A stretch of 61,970 bases of DNA, the filler included, from Choristocarpus tenellus KU-1152 (lineage: Eukaryota; Protista; Phaeophyceae), in NCBI GenBank assembly GCA_964200185.2. It is 9 parts of 9 records of this genome, joined end to end, with 100 filler letters (N's around TTAATTAATTAA, not from the genome) between each part and the next. Parts side by side here need not be neighbours in the genome. Positions count along the whole stretch, not along the records: positions 19,035 to 27,070 come from CAXNAD020005242.1; positions 27,171 to 35,656 come from CAXNAD020004659.1; positions 35,757 to 40,833 come from CAXNAD020011946.1; 6 more parts are not named here. One strand, 5' to 3'. The notes under the pieces are model-generated. The model was given only the letters and a program-made list of their open reading frames with translations, was not told the DNA's origin and did no database searches. This document shows, in pieces, positions 25,981-39,449 of the stretch; position 1 is the first letter of the stretch; every line of letters begins with the position of its first letter. The translations under genes and the position numbers were made by a program.

Positions 25981-26359
25981 TGTGACATGCTAGCAAACAA
26001 GCGCATCTACCATCTACTCAAATGAATGTAAGTCTCCTCCTTGTACAATGCAGGTTTTGCAGCATTTTGATTGGCTGGGATAAATCGGTCGCTTCGATTG
26101 GATAACTCTTTTATGAGAACATCAATAGTCCGTTATGGTTTTAATTCGACTGTTTACCATCTCATTCTCCAAAGGATTACTCTGCGAAACTCTTCGTGGA
26201 TGAATTTGGCTTCTAATCTGTAAAGAAAAAATACAATATATAATATATTAGAGAACAGAGGATAATTTGATATGGGTAGGACTTTGGGTAGGAGCGTTGA
26301 GATCGTTGGTACAAATCAATGAGTTGATCTCCACCTATATATCCCCCCCCAAAAGAGCT

Positions 26360-27070
26360 TTGTATATATGAGGCATCCGCAAGTCTACCGTATACATTCG
26401 ATAGTGGAAACTAGGCTATGGTCGCAGCCTTCCGCGTCACACCTTTCTCTCTCTTTAAAAAAAATAACACATGGCAACCTTTACCACGATTTTCTGCTGG
26501 CCATCCAAAAAGGGTGCATTCGCAAACTAAAATATGAACCCACTCAGTTGCCGTCACGTCGTCTCAACGGACCTGTACGAGTTTTCCTTTGATGCGTGGG
26601 ATGTCAATTGCAGACGAAGCACCTGAAAGGACCGCTGTATGTCCTAAGAAAGCCAGACAAGAGTCTTAGACGAGCTCAATGTGGAAAAGGGTGAAGTTAT
26701 TGATGCGTGGACGCGATACATAAACACGTTGAGCCGTCACGACTGCTGCAAGAGTTCTCGCAAAGTCTGGCCTTGGGCAGGAACATCTCCGAATCACCGA
26801 TTCCCAGCGGAACCTGTGAAATAAAAGAACAGTGTGATACACGAAAAACAGATCGTGAATGTGAGTGTACAAATGGCGACGAAGTACTACCTAGGCAACG
26901 TCTATACCATGGCGGTCAAAAACCACCCGTTTACGACTATAGGTGAATGATGTGGCGGTCAGAGAACACTCATTGTACAACGATGAAGGATGATAGTGTT
27001 TGATTAGACTCTTCCAACTCTATCGGACAGTTACGGTAAAATATGTGTGGAGTAATGGAACAATCAATTA
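26360..27070 (+). pseudogene. Possible Copia RNase H remnant, purine-rich tract and start of a 3' LTR (26997)
   Basis: LYHGGQKPPVYDYR weakly resembles YH.RTKHIDIRY; gatgaaggatgatag directly precedes TGTTTGATTAG. Confidence 0.4.
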
Positions 27071-29949
27071 NNNNNNNNNNNNNNNNNNNNNNNNNNNNNN
27101 NNNNNNNNNNNNNNTTAATTAATTAANNNNNNNNNNNNNNNNNNNNNNNNNNNNNNNNNNNNNNNNNNNNGAAAAAAGGGTGAAAAACGGACGCCGACAC
27201 CCCCCCTCAGATACTTTGACCCTGGCCCTGCTACCTGTAACCCCTCTTGTATTTGCTGTTTTATCTTTTCCAGTTCTGCCTGCAGGTACACTTCAACATG
27301 TTTGGGTGTTGTTGGTTTATGATTGCGTGGAGCAAAATCGGTGTCTGATGTGATAGATTCAGGCCTTTGGAGTCACTTGTTCAGGAAGGTTTGTTGTGAG
27401 AAGCCCTATCACCATCCAGAAGATCCTCTCCTGCAGAGCTCTTCATTCTTGCAATGAGCGAAAGGCGGCTTTCCCAAAAATAGTTTTGTGTGTAATGCTT
27501 GCTGACCCTATCTTGAGCATTGGTTCCATTTCTTCCACGTATTGAGGGGGGTATTGACTATTTTAATACTGTTTTTTAAAAATAATATCTTCTGACCGTG
27601 TTGGTCTTACGGTCATTGTCACAATTTCTTTCTTGTAAATAGATTTATTGAAAACCAGTGCTGTCTACTGCTTAATTGTTCAGAATATGTCAGCAATTTA
27701 TTGGAACCATCATAATCCATCAATACACTCATTTAGCATGGATCTTTGGTTGAGAAGATAATTTAAACCAATTGTCCATGATTCGCATTAATGTTGTAAC
27801 ATATGGCATATTCCACTAGAGCTACAGAGCTCCACCACTGGTGTGCTAGATTGCAACACCTTCCCCCAAAGTATCCTATGCATCCTTTCCTCTATCAACT
27901 CTCAGCTTCATCGCTACTGCTTTCGGATGGTTCGCCTTGAAATACTTGTGGTTTGAAAGTGGAATGAAGTGGACTGCGAGGGTATTCATCCTCCCAGCTG
28001 AGTGCTTCTTCTTGTGATCTCCTCCTGACAGCGGTCTTCAAGTGCCTGGCAGTGCCTTTTCTTCCACCTTCTTCGCATAATCTGAACCAGGCAACCTGAT
28101 GAGTGGAGAAATATTATCCCCGTATGTGTATGTCTTGTCTCTTCTCTCTGTATACATACTCAGCGTATCTATTGCTGTTTTTTTAATAAAGTGAGGTAGC
28201 CATCGTAGTCTTCGTCAATGTATTAACCCTGGCATGGTTGGTAATCGTCGACTACGCCATCATCAGTGTTCAGCAAGGCATGTTATATAGACTAAATTAC
28301 TATTTTCTGCTGAGGTCGAGGAAGTTAGGGCTTTGCCCATCCCTGAACTGAACCACATGCTGAAAGCTCGCACAGAATGGCTACTCGAGAGAGACCCAAC
28401 TATGTAGAGAGTTGAGGGTGACCTTGAAAACGAGCATTCCTATCTTTTTTAGTACCTTCAGTAACAAGAGCTGTTTTTACTCTTTTCTCCGACGTTCGAC
28501 TGGGTAACGTTTCCGAAATACTTCAAAGAGCGAAGTACCTTGGTACCCCTTGGACATGGTACCCACCGCCATTTTCTCTCGCGTCATTTCGTGGACCACC
28601 ATACTCGTTGGAACGTCATGTACGGGGATGCTGGTATCTGATTGCTCCTCGTTCATTCTCCTAGAATGGTAGAGGATAGCAAATTAGAAAGAGGATTAAC
28701 CATTACCTGTACCAATGATAAGTATATAAAGTCGAAATGTCGAATCAACGACCGACTCATCAAGTCTCGGCGAATCCCTAAGCCCCGACAAGACTACAGC
28801 TCCTCCAGCAAAACACGCGAAAGGAAAAATATGGCGAGTATTTACGGACTTTACCTAGCACGCCGTAAAAGTTCCTCTCGGTTGAGCCCTCGGCATACTT
28901 CATCGTCCAATGCTTCACCCTCGCTCGCCTGCAGACCCTCCTTCATGACACCTTGACATTATCGACTTGAGGATATCTTGTACCTAGCTGGCTATTGTGT
29001 CGTGTGACAGTTACAAACATGGTGAAAATTAATATAAACCATGATATGACAACATATTTAGGTGCGTTTGGACTTACGTGTTGTGCTGTACTCGATATAT
29101 TTTTTATCTACGTATTATTATTGAATAGAGTAACAATCACCCCGTGGTCCCCATTCCTTTTTTTCCTCTCCTCCCTCTCCCTCTCTCCTCCAATTCAGTT
29201 CCACACAAAACAGAACGTTTAGATCCTTCGAAATATCATTATAATAATATTCCAGTCCCCACGACTGGGGTACCTTCTACTGATTGAGTTCGAATTGGCA
29301 AAGTGTATATCCACAAAGTATTAAAAATATATAATCTAGATATACGCAAATTCCTTGCTGAGCTGATGACTCTTAGTGAGTGGTATAGGGGGCTGAGGAC
29401 TTTAGTAGGAAGGACGCACACCATCGACATATTGTATCAGTCATGCACAATTTTCATGGCAACCTCCAAGCATGCATGCACATTAAACCGAAGACATTGG
29501 ATCAGTGAGCGAGACGAGGTATGACTGACTTGTGGGACTCTTCTATTGCTTTTAGACCGCCTTCATAGCGTCAGTAGGAGCAGTTCCAACTAATCTCTAC
29601 ATGTCTCAGTACTTGTTTTGTTTTGATTTCAAGCACACTACAACACTACAACTCTTGTTTGTGCGTGTGAAATACTTTTCCTACAAAAATACAAATTCTA
29701 TCGTTATGTTTGTCGTTTTGGTTACCTTATGTGTTCTTTATCCCAACATGACATTATCTGCAAAATGTCAGTGCAAATAATTTAGGTTGAAGCAACAACG
29801 TAAAGGTAGAGAAGTGGCAGATTATCTGCTGGCTATAGTGTGTCATAAATACATCACTGATTAATTTATTGATTATCACACATTAGTTCAAACTATGATT
29901 GCAATGATGTCCCCCCACATTTTTTCTGTTGTCAGGTATTGTCAACGAA

Positions 29950-31900
29950 AGTAACACGTAACTTACACCATCATCGAGCCCATTGTAACAGAAGGTGATG
30001 TAAGAGAGATCAAGAATTAGGGTCGTTGTGTAAAAACAAAGATCCATTACCAGTCAAGGATCAGCTCCAACACCAACGATCAAAATTGGTCTAAGATGGG
30101 ACACATATTTGCACGCCCCTCATAGCATCTAGGTTAAGTCCTTACACCTGCTAGACACGACCTACTGCCATCAACAACAAGAAGATAATCTTAGGCTCGT
30201 CAAAGAACCCAAACCCCCTCCACTTCAGAGAAGAAATAGAAGAGAGAAGGAACTCAGGAGATATTATCACATGTAGTAGGGGGCCACACCCACTTTTGTG
30301 TGACAGGCTGTGCCTGCTGTGACCTTAGTGGCATGCCAGACACCCATGAGGTACTTTGCTTCAATCTCCATTTATCTGCCACCTGTTTGAGTCTCCTGTA
30401 AGTAAAACCAACATATCAGGTGCAATGTCGAAAGCCTTCTGGTAATCTTTGAGGGACCACCACCAGTTTTCCTCTGAACCTCCCTTCTCCCTCTTTGGCT
30501 TCTCAGCAGTAAGTCTCTGATCATATGATTCTTGTGCAAGCAATCATCATCCACCTGTGACATAAAGCGTGTGAAGAGGGAACTTTTTTTACGGATACTG
30601 GGCACAACGAAGTCACTTCAAGTGTTACAGGCGCGAATAGCGCAAGTATTTCTTCCCGCGCTTTAACTGGCGCGAGCAGTATACACGCGTGGGGAACCCC
30701 AAAAGGGGGAACTCCGATTGCCTAAAAGTTGCAGAATAAACTGTAACTCGGGTAGTTGCAGAGGGTCATGAATGAATGATCGGAAAGGGTTCTGAGATAC
30801 ATACCAGTATTTACGATCCCGAAAACCCCCCCCAAAACGCAAATGATGATTTAGAGTTCCTAAAGACGGCTCAAAACGGCTCAAAACGGCTCAGTTATTC
30901 TGACCTAACAGAGAGACCCACACATGACCCTCTTAAAACTGATACAAAACTTTATATACATTTTATACTGATTGAATCAATTAAGAGTACTCCTGTTCTG
31001 CTGAGCTGATATTCAATAATCTGGGAATTGGACTTGACTTGTACATCATGGAAAGGTGAGCATCGAGGGGCGCCTGTAACACAAGTTCTCTTAAGAGCTT
31101 CTCTGTAAGACATTAGGTGGTCGGTGTGTTTCCTTTTGTGGAGTGCGATAGTATCCTATAGGGGGAGTGTATTGTCTCGTCCTGTTCGCTTTGCGCACTT
31201 TTCGATTATAGTCTAGCACATCGAAAATTGTCGATCGGGTTACTAACCTATACTTAAAGCTCTTTCAATCACAACACTAGAAATTGTCTTCTTAGGTGTC
31301 CAAATCTGGGCAGCATAACTTACAGGAGTGAGAGGCAAACCGATTGAGAGGTAGGCAGATTTGGACGCTTTTGCAATCTAAGCTATCTTTCTTTTCCTGT
31401 GCAATATTGTCTGTTTAATTGCTGTAAGTGCACAAGAGTGTGCGCAAAATTGATATTCCTCCCTTCCACACACAAAGTGACAGCACGATTCAGCAAAGAC
31501 TCTTTCTACAATTATACAAAATGGGGTCGTTTTGCCCTTCTTTCTCGGGATCCTTAAAATACAACCTTGCCTACCTCTCAATTGTTTTTGCTCGAGATCA
31601 TGACCCAGAGATTAATATGCTTTCTGTAGATCGACAAAACATAGGAATAGGGTTACATGCTTTTCCTGGACAACAAGCTCTTGCGGGTCACGTACAGTGT
31701 AGATGTCCACTACTATTGTGGATCGTTGGGGCTCGAAATCATGCTGTTCCTTCTGTGGAACAGGTTCTGACTCGAACACACAATCTTCTTACGGAAACTG
31801 TAGAGGGTTACAATATACTTCTTCTATAGTCTACGTTCTAATAGCTGAGCTGGAAGGTTTTCGGAACCCTTACTTAGCCTTCCCATTGTCCATTCCCAGA
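29950..31900 (-). mobile_element. Decayed Cys-rich repeat (copy 2), split by a solo LTR
   Basis: KPKREKGGSEENWWW and KRKHTDHLMSYREALKRT match 6600-6900. Confidence 0.5.
30623..31081. mobile_element. Solo LTR, 459 bp, 4-bp TSD CAAG
   Basis: CAAG-TGTTACAGGCGC...GCGCCTGTAACA-CAAG. The host sequence rejoins colinearly with the paralog at ~6845-6860. Confidence 0.85.
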
Positions 31901-32639
31901 GTCCGTCATCCCTCCATAACATTCTTCGTGTACCTAAGAATTATCTGATTTAAATAGAGTTGAGGTTAGTTAGGGCTTTCCATGATAGAGGGTTTAAACA
32001 GTTGAATAGTAAAAACAATACAAAAAATAGTTCTCATTAGTTTTTCCCTTTTCACATCTTCAAAATGTTTGAAGGTACAATAATCTAATTTACGATGGAT
32101 TCTCCCTGTTTAATTCAATAACGACCATGACAATGACAAGGACTGGGAAGGAGGAATGACAGGAGAACAAACAAGGTTGATCTTCAGAAGTTCCAAAGAA
32201 AAATAGTGTGGAAACCAGGTTTGTCTGTTATACCGTTATTGCCGTATGCCATATACCATTCACCGATCGAGTTTCTGTTCTGAGAACTTCGGTTCAACTG
32301 TATAGAGGATATTCGGAGTGGCAATGCAAAATGGCAGTCTAGACGTGTCATGGATTTTAAGCTGGAGTCACCAGAAAGATGGGAAAGGAGGGGCTTGTTA
32401 GATTCTTAGGATGCATCCCGAGGTCCTTACCCTGGGGTGCAGGAATAGGTAAGTTAGAGACAGAAGAAGGGAGTGAGTGGTACACCATAGATGTAAAATA
32501 GCAAACAGATTAATGCTTTTCACATTATTTGTGAGAACTGTTACTTCCTTCAGGATTTTTCTAACATGCGAGTACTTTTCATTAGTTTTGACACATGTAC
32601 AAAATATCTAGAGGCATAATATTCAAAATATTTGAAGTG

Positions 32640-32870
32640 ATAGATTTCTGTGTCTTCCTGTAAAGTCTCTTTATGAGTACATTTTTCCGAAGGCGGATCT
32701 CCCATCTCTATCCAGATCGTGATCCTTCCCACTTCCTTATTGCCCTACTTTTTCCTCTAAGTCCTTTCAGTCTTACTTCGTCTTCGTCCGTTTCGTCCGC
32801 CTTGCCTGCCTGGTGATTCTCTTCACCACCCTTGACCGAGTGAACCACGCCGCCACAGAATCACATGATT
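32640..32870 (-). pseudogene. Decayed coding repeat of unknown family; paralog at 46320-46575
   Basis: Both translate to DS...WFT..RVVKRITR and TERT(W)RK.(W)...G.ITI.IE.GDP.S..VLIKR.Y.K; this copy has two TGG>TAG stops. Confidence 0.7.
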
Positions 32871-33498
32871 CATAGTAAGGTTCATCCATATTGCACACTT
32901 CTTCGTGTTGTGAGTGGTGAATATATGCGGAATGTATGTGCGGGCTATTTCGGACATATTTTTGTAGAATATCGCATAAAAAACAACCTCCTCCAACTAT
33001 ATTGTTCAACGTGTGATGTATTGTATTGGTTGTTGGAGTTCGATGAAATGAGAACGGATTGAGAATCTCGAACTAAAAAATGAAGCTCAAGAAAAGGATT
33101 TTGAGTGCTGTGGGGTTGTGAGTTTGTAGAGAGAGTACACGCCATAAACTGACAATCAATTAAAAATTATCTCTGCGCGCAATTCGAGTGTTTCCGCGCG
33201 TTGTTTCACATCCAACAGATCCGAAATGGAGCTGTTCCTAACAAATTTAGGATCTGTGATGTTGACATTTTCGTCCTCTTAGAACAGAGGAGACTGGTGT
33301 CAACTCTCGATCCACAACATTCCTTAATCTGGATCGCCAGGCACAGGTGTGTTATCGAAATACATATATTCTCGTGTCGCATATTTTTCGGGTAGGGCCG
33401 GACCGTGAGCTAACAAGAGTGGGGATGAGTTTAGACCATCAACCTAATTATAATAGTATCTCGTACCAAAACCACATTTCCAACATGCACAGGTCGGC

Positions 33499-35318
33499 AT
33501 GGCATCCGTCACAGATAGTGAATCTAATGAAGGTAAAGATGGGAAGAAAATGGGCATCGAGAAAGGGAAAGCTGAGGTATCGCCTTCCGATCACCTTGTC
33601 TCTGATGTTGAGGTTGATCCTCGTAGCCCGGTCGAGTTAGCAAATTGGTTGATGTACCTATCATTTGCATGGGCTGGGCCCTTCCTGAAGCTTGGATCGA
33701 CCCAGACGCTAAAGAAAGAAGACATGTACAACATCCCCAAAAGCTACGAGAGGTTAGTGGGTAGGGTAGTCCTGGTTTCCAGCAGGTTGGTTCCCCCCAC
33801 TTCAGTGGTTTGTGTTGTACAGCATACCATGGGACTGAGTGACGATGGTGGATTCAGGGTGAAGCAGCATTGGTTCTCCTGTCGATACTTCAGCCCCCTC
33901 GATGCAGTCAAGTCATTTGGAAACCATTCTCTGTGCACACTTGATCAAAGTATATTGGCAGATATTACAACAAAGGCACATAATGCAAGGATTCTGACAT
34001 GAAACATACACATACAATTAAGAACAGCCATGCAGGTTTGCCCTTAACCCACACTTGTGTGGAGTTGGAGCTGCTACTCAAGATACTACCAGTGGCATTC
34101 ACAAAAATATGATTGGCAGAGAAGAACGTCGTGTTAAAGAGCGTAGATGTTACCCTGCACTCATTTTGTTGACATCAATGAATTTTGTTCCTCCTCGATG
34201 TCGACTCTTCTTGGGCCACGCTACCTCCTTCCTTATGCTACTTGGGACCAACGCGCTGGTGGACCTCCCTTGCGCACAGCCGATATTTGCAGGAGAGACT
34301 TCAGCTTTGCTGGGAAAGGTGCGTCCTAGGGGATGAAGGGTTGGGGTATGGGTTGGGGGAGCTTTTACATTTCTGTGTTTGACTGAAACTTCCCTTGATC
34401 AACTATATCCACTTGGTCCATGGTTTTGGCAGGGACCATGCCCCTTGCACTCAATCTTGTTATCTGAAACCGCCTGCTAGCTAGTCCTTGTCAATCTGTA
34501 TGTAGGTCTCGTACCGACACTGTGATCTGGGTAGTGATCCATGCGCTCGTTTGTATCGTCACTTTGAACATGACAACCCCAAACAACCTTGTGTCTACCC
34601 ACTTAAAGTTCCCCTGTGATATAGGTAGTGATATTCCAAGTCTGGCTTACGAGCATCATGCAGCAGACTGTCATTACTGCCTTGATCCCCTGCAGTCTGA
34701 ACTCGTGCCTAGTCCATTCCCTGTATCCATCTCCCTTGATGCATGGAGCATGTTGTATCTTAGTTAGGACTGGCAGTATCAATTATCCATGCGTAGCTGT
34801 CACCCTTCTAAAAAAGAATGGCCTCTCTCCTCTCCAGGAAGCTGTTCCATTATGAGGCAGCCTTCCAATAGTGCAACCCTGATATTCACTATATTGGCAG
34901 CACAGGCTCAAATCACGACACACTCTACTTACCTACCCAGCAAAGATCCTACAGATGGACTTTCTTTAACTCCCCGATCCCTCCCAACCCCTCCAGACCA
35001 CCAGGACATACAATCCCAAGGAATGACCTCCCATTACCATCCCACTGATGTGCCAGNNNNNNNNNNCCTACCCAGCAAAGATCCTACAGATGGACTTTCT
35101 TTAACTCCCCGATCCCTCCCCCCCCCCATAATGTGTGGTCCATGTGTTGCAATGGTGGCATGCTATCCAGCGAGGTTGCAAGGGTTGCAGGTAGAAATGC
35201 TGGAGTGGATGGGCAGGACGGTATGATGATTCTACGTGCAGCGATCAAATGCTTCAAGCCTCACCTGATTGTTGCTGCCTTAATCCTCATTGGTCACAGT
35301 GCAGTGCACATCTTTCAA
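33499..35318 (+). CDS. ABCC/MRP-type ABC transporter, 5' exons 33499-33752 and 35171-35318 (partial)
   Basis: SPVELANWLMYLSFAWAGPFLKLGSTQTLKKEDMYNIP is the ABCC L0/lasso motif. The next exon, ILRAAIKCFKPHLIVAALILIGHSAVHIFQ, is the start of TMD1. GT/AG sites are phase-compatible. Confidence 0.85.
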
Positions 35319-36134
35319 GTGCGTTTGGTTGGGTTTGTGTCCATATCATATTCTTTTTATTTTTTGTGTTGATGGTTAGGGTGAAAAAAGCGTTAGAGGT
35401 GGAAGGATGCACAAGTGGGGGAGGAGGTGGGTCAAAGAAGATGGAGAGGTATGTAGTTGCCCCCTTGTTGGTGGTACATCCGCTTGTAATCTAATCAATC
35501 TTTGAGTCTTTGCCCCCTCAGAAATAGGGTTTAGGATTTGTGGCAGGTGCTTTTGTGGCTGTATGAACACACACACACAGAGATATAAATGACAGAGTGT
35601 ATGCAGTTGTATGAATCTGGTTTGTGATAGTGAATCTTTCAATCTGAAAGTCTGATNNNNNNNNNNNNNNNNNNNNNNNNNNNNNNNNNNNNNNNNNNNN
35701 TTAATTAATTAANNNNNNNNNNNNNNNNNNNNNNNNNNNNNNNNNNNNNNNNNNNNACACACACCAAAAAAAAAAAACCCCCCCCCCCCCCCCCCCCCCC
35801 CCCCCAAGCTGACCATATACTCTGCCCAGTGCAATGCACCTCACACCAAGTAGGGATTCCTCCCACAATAGGAACGTCTTTGCTAAATAACAAAAATATT
35901 CCCTTCCTCCCCAAAGACACGCCCTACTGACAGGACAACCACAACTACAGGTTTTGCAAAGCCATTGTGATGGGTACTAACAAAAGAACAAAAAACCCTT
36001 ACATAGTATTGAGCTCCATGTGACCACCTTTCTAGACCAATGGCAGTAAGCTACTTATTAAAACACGCCCTTCCATCCTTTTTGCAAATCATTCTGAAAC
36101 AATTCCTACACCGGACTGACTGGGGAAGTCTTGC

Positions 36135-38730
36135 CTGTTGCCAGGCTGCATCGACATCTCCATGCCTAAACATTACAAAGCGGAGGAGGTCTACATCTGT
36201 CAATCCTCCTCCACCCCCAGTTCCTGTGAGCCACGCCTGGAGGTCCTTGGTGTCTGTCCCTGCTGTATCTAACACCTTGCACTGAGCTCGCAGCTTGTCT
36301 ACCTTACTTACCAAGATTCAGAGTAGGAGGTGTGTGTGTGTGTGTGTGTGTGGTAGTGGTGGTGATGGAGGAGACAGTTGCAGCGCAGCAGAAACAAATC
36401 CAGGAGAAGTAGATGGACACACAGTGTAGTATTTCTACAAGGCATTCAATCCACACTTGTAGCAGAAAAGTGTAGAATCAAGCCTGCAATGTTCCAATAA
36501 CGTTGTTCATAGTTTCTTGATTTTTCCACAAGATGTGACCTCTGTCCATATTTCTCCAAATCAAAGGCCCGCCTGATGTTACATCACTTGGGCAGTTAGT
36601 TGATCAGAAAAAGGAACAGGAAAAACACCAGTACAAAGTACAGAAGCACTCGAATTAGCACGTCTCTTCAGCAAAGATAACTCCAAACGGCAAAGCACTC
36701 TGACCTTTGCCCACATCTCTTCTGGCACAGGCTCTCTATCATACAGCTTTGGTCTTTCCGGAATCCCCTTCAGCGCAACATCAACATATTCAGATCCCAA
36801 CCCTTGCATAGCTGTGGTTGCCAGATTGATGCTGTTCCCATCCTGTGAAAGAGTAATCCCACCCTTAGCACTGTCGACCTTCGTGGCATGAGGTGTGCTC
36901 TTTCCCTCAGACTGTTTTTCAATGCCTTCTACACCAGCTGGACAATTTTGTTCATGTATTTTTTTAGACTCAAGGTCACCCTGGTCCAGCACCCTACCCA
37001 GGATCTGGAGGAAGATTTTAGGTCATTATGGGATGGACAATGGTCAGAGTTGGAGTATGGCAATCACTAGGTGTGGAAATGTAGCAAATTTCGGAGGGTG
37101 GAGGAGGCCACATACTCCTCTAGCACACAAACCAGCAGCAGCCAATGGACACACTGACAGAAGAATGAAAAACATGTGTATTTGAAGAACGGAATATACG
37201 TTCAAGATATCACAAACTTCAAGTCGTTCGTAAATTGGGCTTGATGCTGTGAAGGAGGATATCTGAATCCACCTCACCTCTCCTGTAGGGAAGTGCTTTT
37301 CCCACACCCTCCCTGCAGCCTGTGTGAGTTCCTGCTCCAAGGATTGCTTACACTGCCACACAGGTGGCATGACGGAGACAAATTATCATAAACTAGGAGT
37401 CCAAGAGAGGTGAAACACAGTCTCAAGCGTTAGCAATGGGAGGAATGGTGGGTGAGGGATGATTGAGGCGAGAATCATTTCCCAAATAATGAGTTGGTAC
37501 ACGTTTATGCTATTTAGGGTAACAAGTGTGTTTCAAGGATCTCAGGCACAATTGTTCATGAGAAAGAAGCAGAATCATTTATGTCGTTGGTTATTTTGAC
37601 ACAAGCAAGACTGCGTAACAACTTCAACACATTAGCAAACACCCAACGGTGGATGGCAGCTGGCGAGGTCACTTTAGAGAGACGCCATGTACTCAGTAGT
37701 TCGCTCAAATCTTGCAGAGACTGGTAAAGGTAGAAATGAGTGAGAGTAAAGCAGGTCGCTCACATCGTCAATCAAAGTACCAGTATTTTCTCCTGATACT
37801 AGTCCCTGTTCTGTCTGGTGGAGTCCTTCCATAGCTCCTGTATGCATCGCATTTGGTGAAAGGGGAGAACGTATCTCCTGGCACCAGAGGGATATGATGG
37901 TGAGTGGTAAGATCGTAAGTCTGGGTGTGGGCGTTCAAGTAAAAGGCTCAGGTCGCTTGACTTCAATGACGTGAAACAGATTAGTAGATATATAAGCAGT
38001 GTAATAGACCCTGCTTTAGAGGTAACCAAGCACAAGTTGAAACTACAGCATACACATGTTGGGATCACAAAATTTGTTCTAACTCTACACGCACGAGTTA
38101 CAAAGAACCCACTCCACCCAGGCCTCGCGATTTTGGTACAAACTGCAAACTGTTAATGTGTGCTGGCATTGGAAAAGGTATATGAAGCTATAGTGAAGAA
38201 ATGCATACCTTAGATTTAGCTGCAATCGCAGCTTCCCGCTTCAATCCTCTGCCCGTCATCTTCAGTAAGGATTTGAACCTCTCGAGAGATCTGACCGCCT
38301 TCGATCTGGCTGCCTGCCGCAACGTCCGCCACTTTCTAGGCTGGCGGCCATCATGTTCGAGGTTCCCATGTGGAATATCGGCACTGTCAGACTGCTGTTC
38401 ATCTGAGGGGGTGCTTGGGTCTGAGATGCTTGAATCACAAGTACTTGGGAGAAGTTGCAAGGTTGTCACAGACTGCAGCACATCTTGCTGCTTGAAAGAC
38501 ATTGCCAGGGCAGCCCCAGCCACACGAAAACTTCGATTACTCCCAATAAGAAGAGTCGATTCGTCGATACAGCCAACGATCACTCGACTTGGACAAATCG
38601 ACACGAACGCTACGATCTTCCCATATCCCTTATATATCGCAACTCGACCTTGCTGGGGTGCGATCATGGCGGCATTCTGGGCAAGGAGGCCTGCAATGGT
38701 CAGTAGCTGCAGCAGGAGCAAGCAACTCAT
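36135..38730 (-). CDS. CRAL-TRIO/Sec14 family protein, exons ~38730-38209, 37352-37278, 37004-36705, 36302-36135 (3' end missing)
   Basis: LTDVDLLRFVMFRHGDVDAAWQQ is a CRAL-TRIO N-domain motif. All junctions are phase 0. The N-terminus MSCLLLLQLLTIAGLLA is hydrophobic. Start codon uncertain. Confidence 0.75.
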
Positions 38731-39449
38731 TCTATTTGACACACGAACACTCTGGCTGGAGCTTTCGATCGGTCCCATCACTGCTCTCTCACAATCTGGT
38801 GCTTGTAACTTGCAGTACTCCTACCTTGTACTAATTCAAAGTATATGTTTATAATATTTTGTTGTGATTGTTCTTGACCTGTATTCCTCTATAGTTTTAC
38901 CATATTATATATATTATTATGACCTGTGAGATTTTCCAGATGTCAGGGGGGAAACCATTAAAACTATACACATTTTCAGTATAATGTGAGAGCCATCTTC
39001 CACAGAAGGTATACCCTGAAGGTGACCTATCTTGAACGTTATGATATTCATCTGACATTATTTGTTCTTGCATGTTGAAGGTAACATCTGCTTGAAGTAA
39101 GATCGGGTGGTTTGGAGTAACCTTACCAACACCCACCCCCCTCTTTCAGTTACCACCTGAACACTCTTTTCCTAAGTGATCTTCTGAGAGATTGCTCTTC
39201 CTCTTTGACATGCCTCTCTTTGATCTTGCATCCTGTGGGTCTTCCTGCTACAAAGAACCTGTCGGCTTGTTTCCATCTGTTTCACAGTGGCGATGACGGC
39301 AAATCATTTTGAAGTGGGAGAGTACTTTTACAGTACTTTTGGGGGAAACTCTGAGTATATTGCCTGTAATTTGCGCACCACATATGCCATATCAGTTTGA
39401 TTGGAATACAGTTCGATCGAGGAGACGACAGAGTACGTTCCAGACAACC

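Noticed and set aside
27230-28960. hAT-like or gag-like remnant; similar unassigned decayed-looking stretches at 4540-6040, 15570-16700, 44150-44960 and 61140-61740
   Set aside because: Only isolated weak motifs, in the wrong order or across many stops; not supportable without a search.
34931-35125. ~55-bp direct repeat flanking a 10-N gap
   Set aside because: Probably a scaffolding overlap artefact.
38201-38854. 217-aa plus-strand ORF
   Set aside because: Antisense shadow of the first CRAL-TRIO exon; no recognisable motif.
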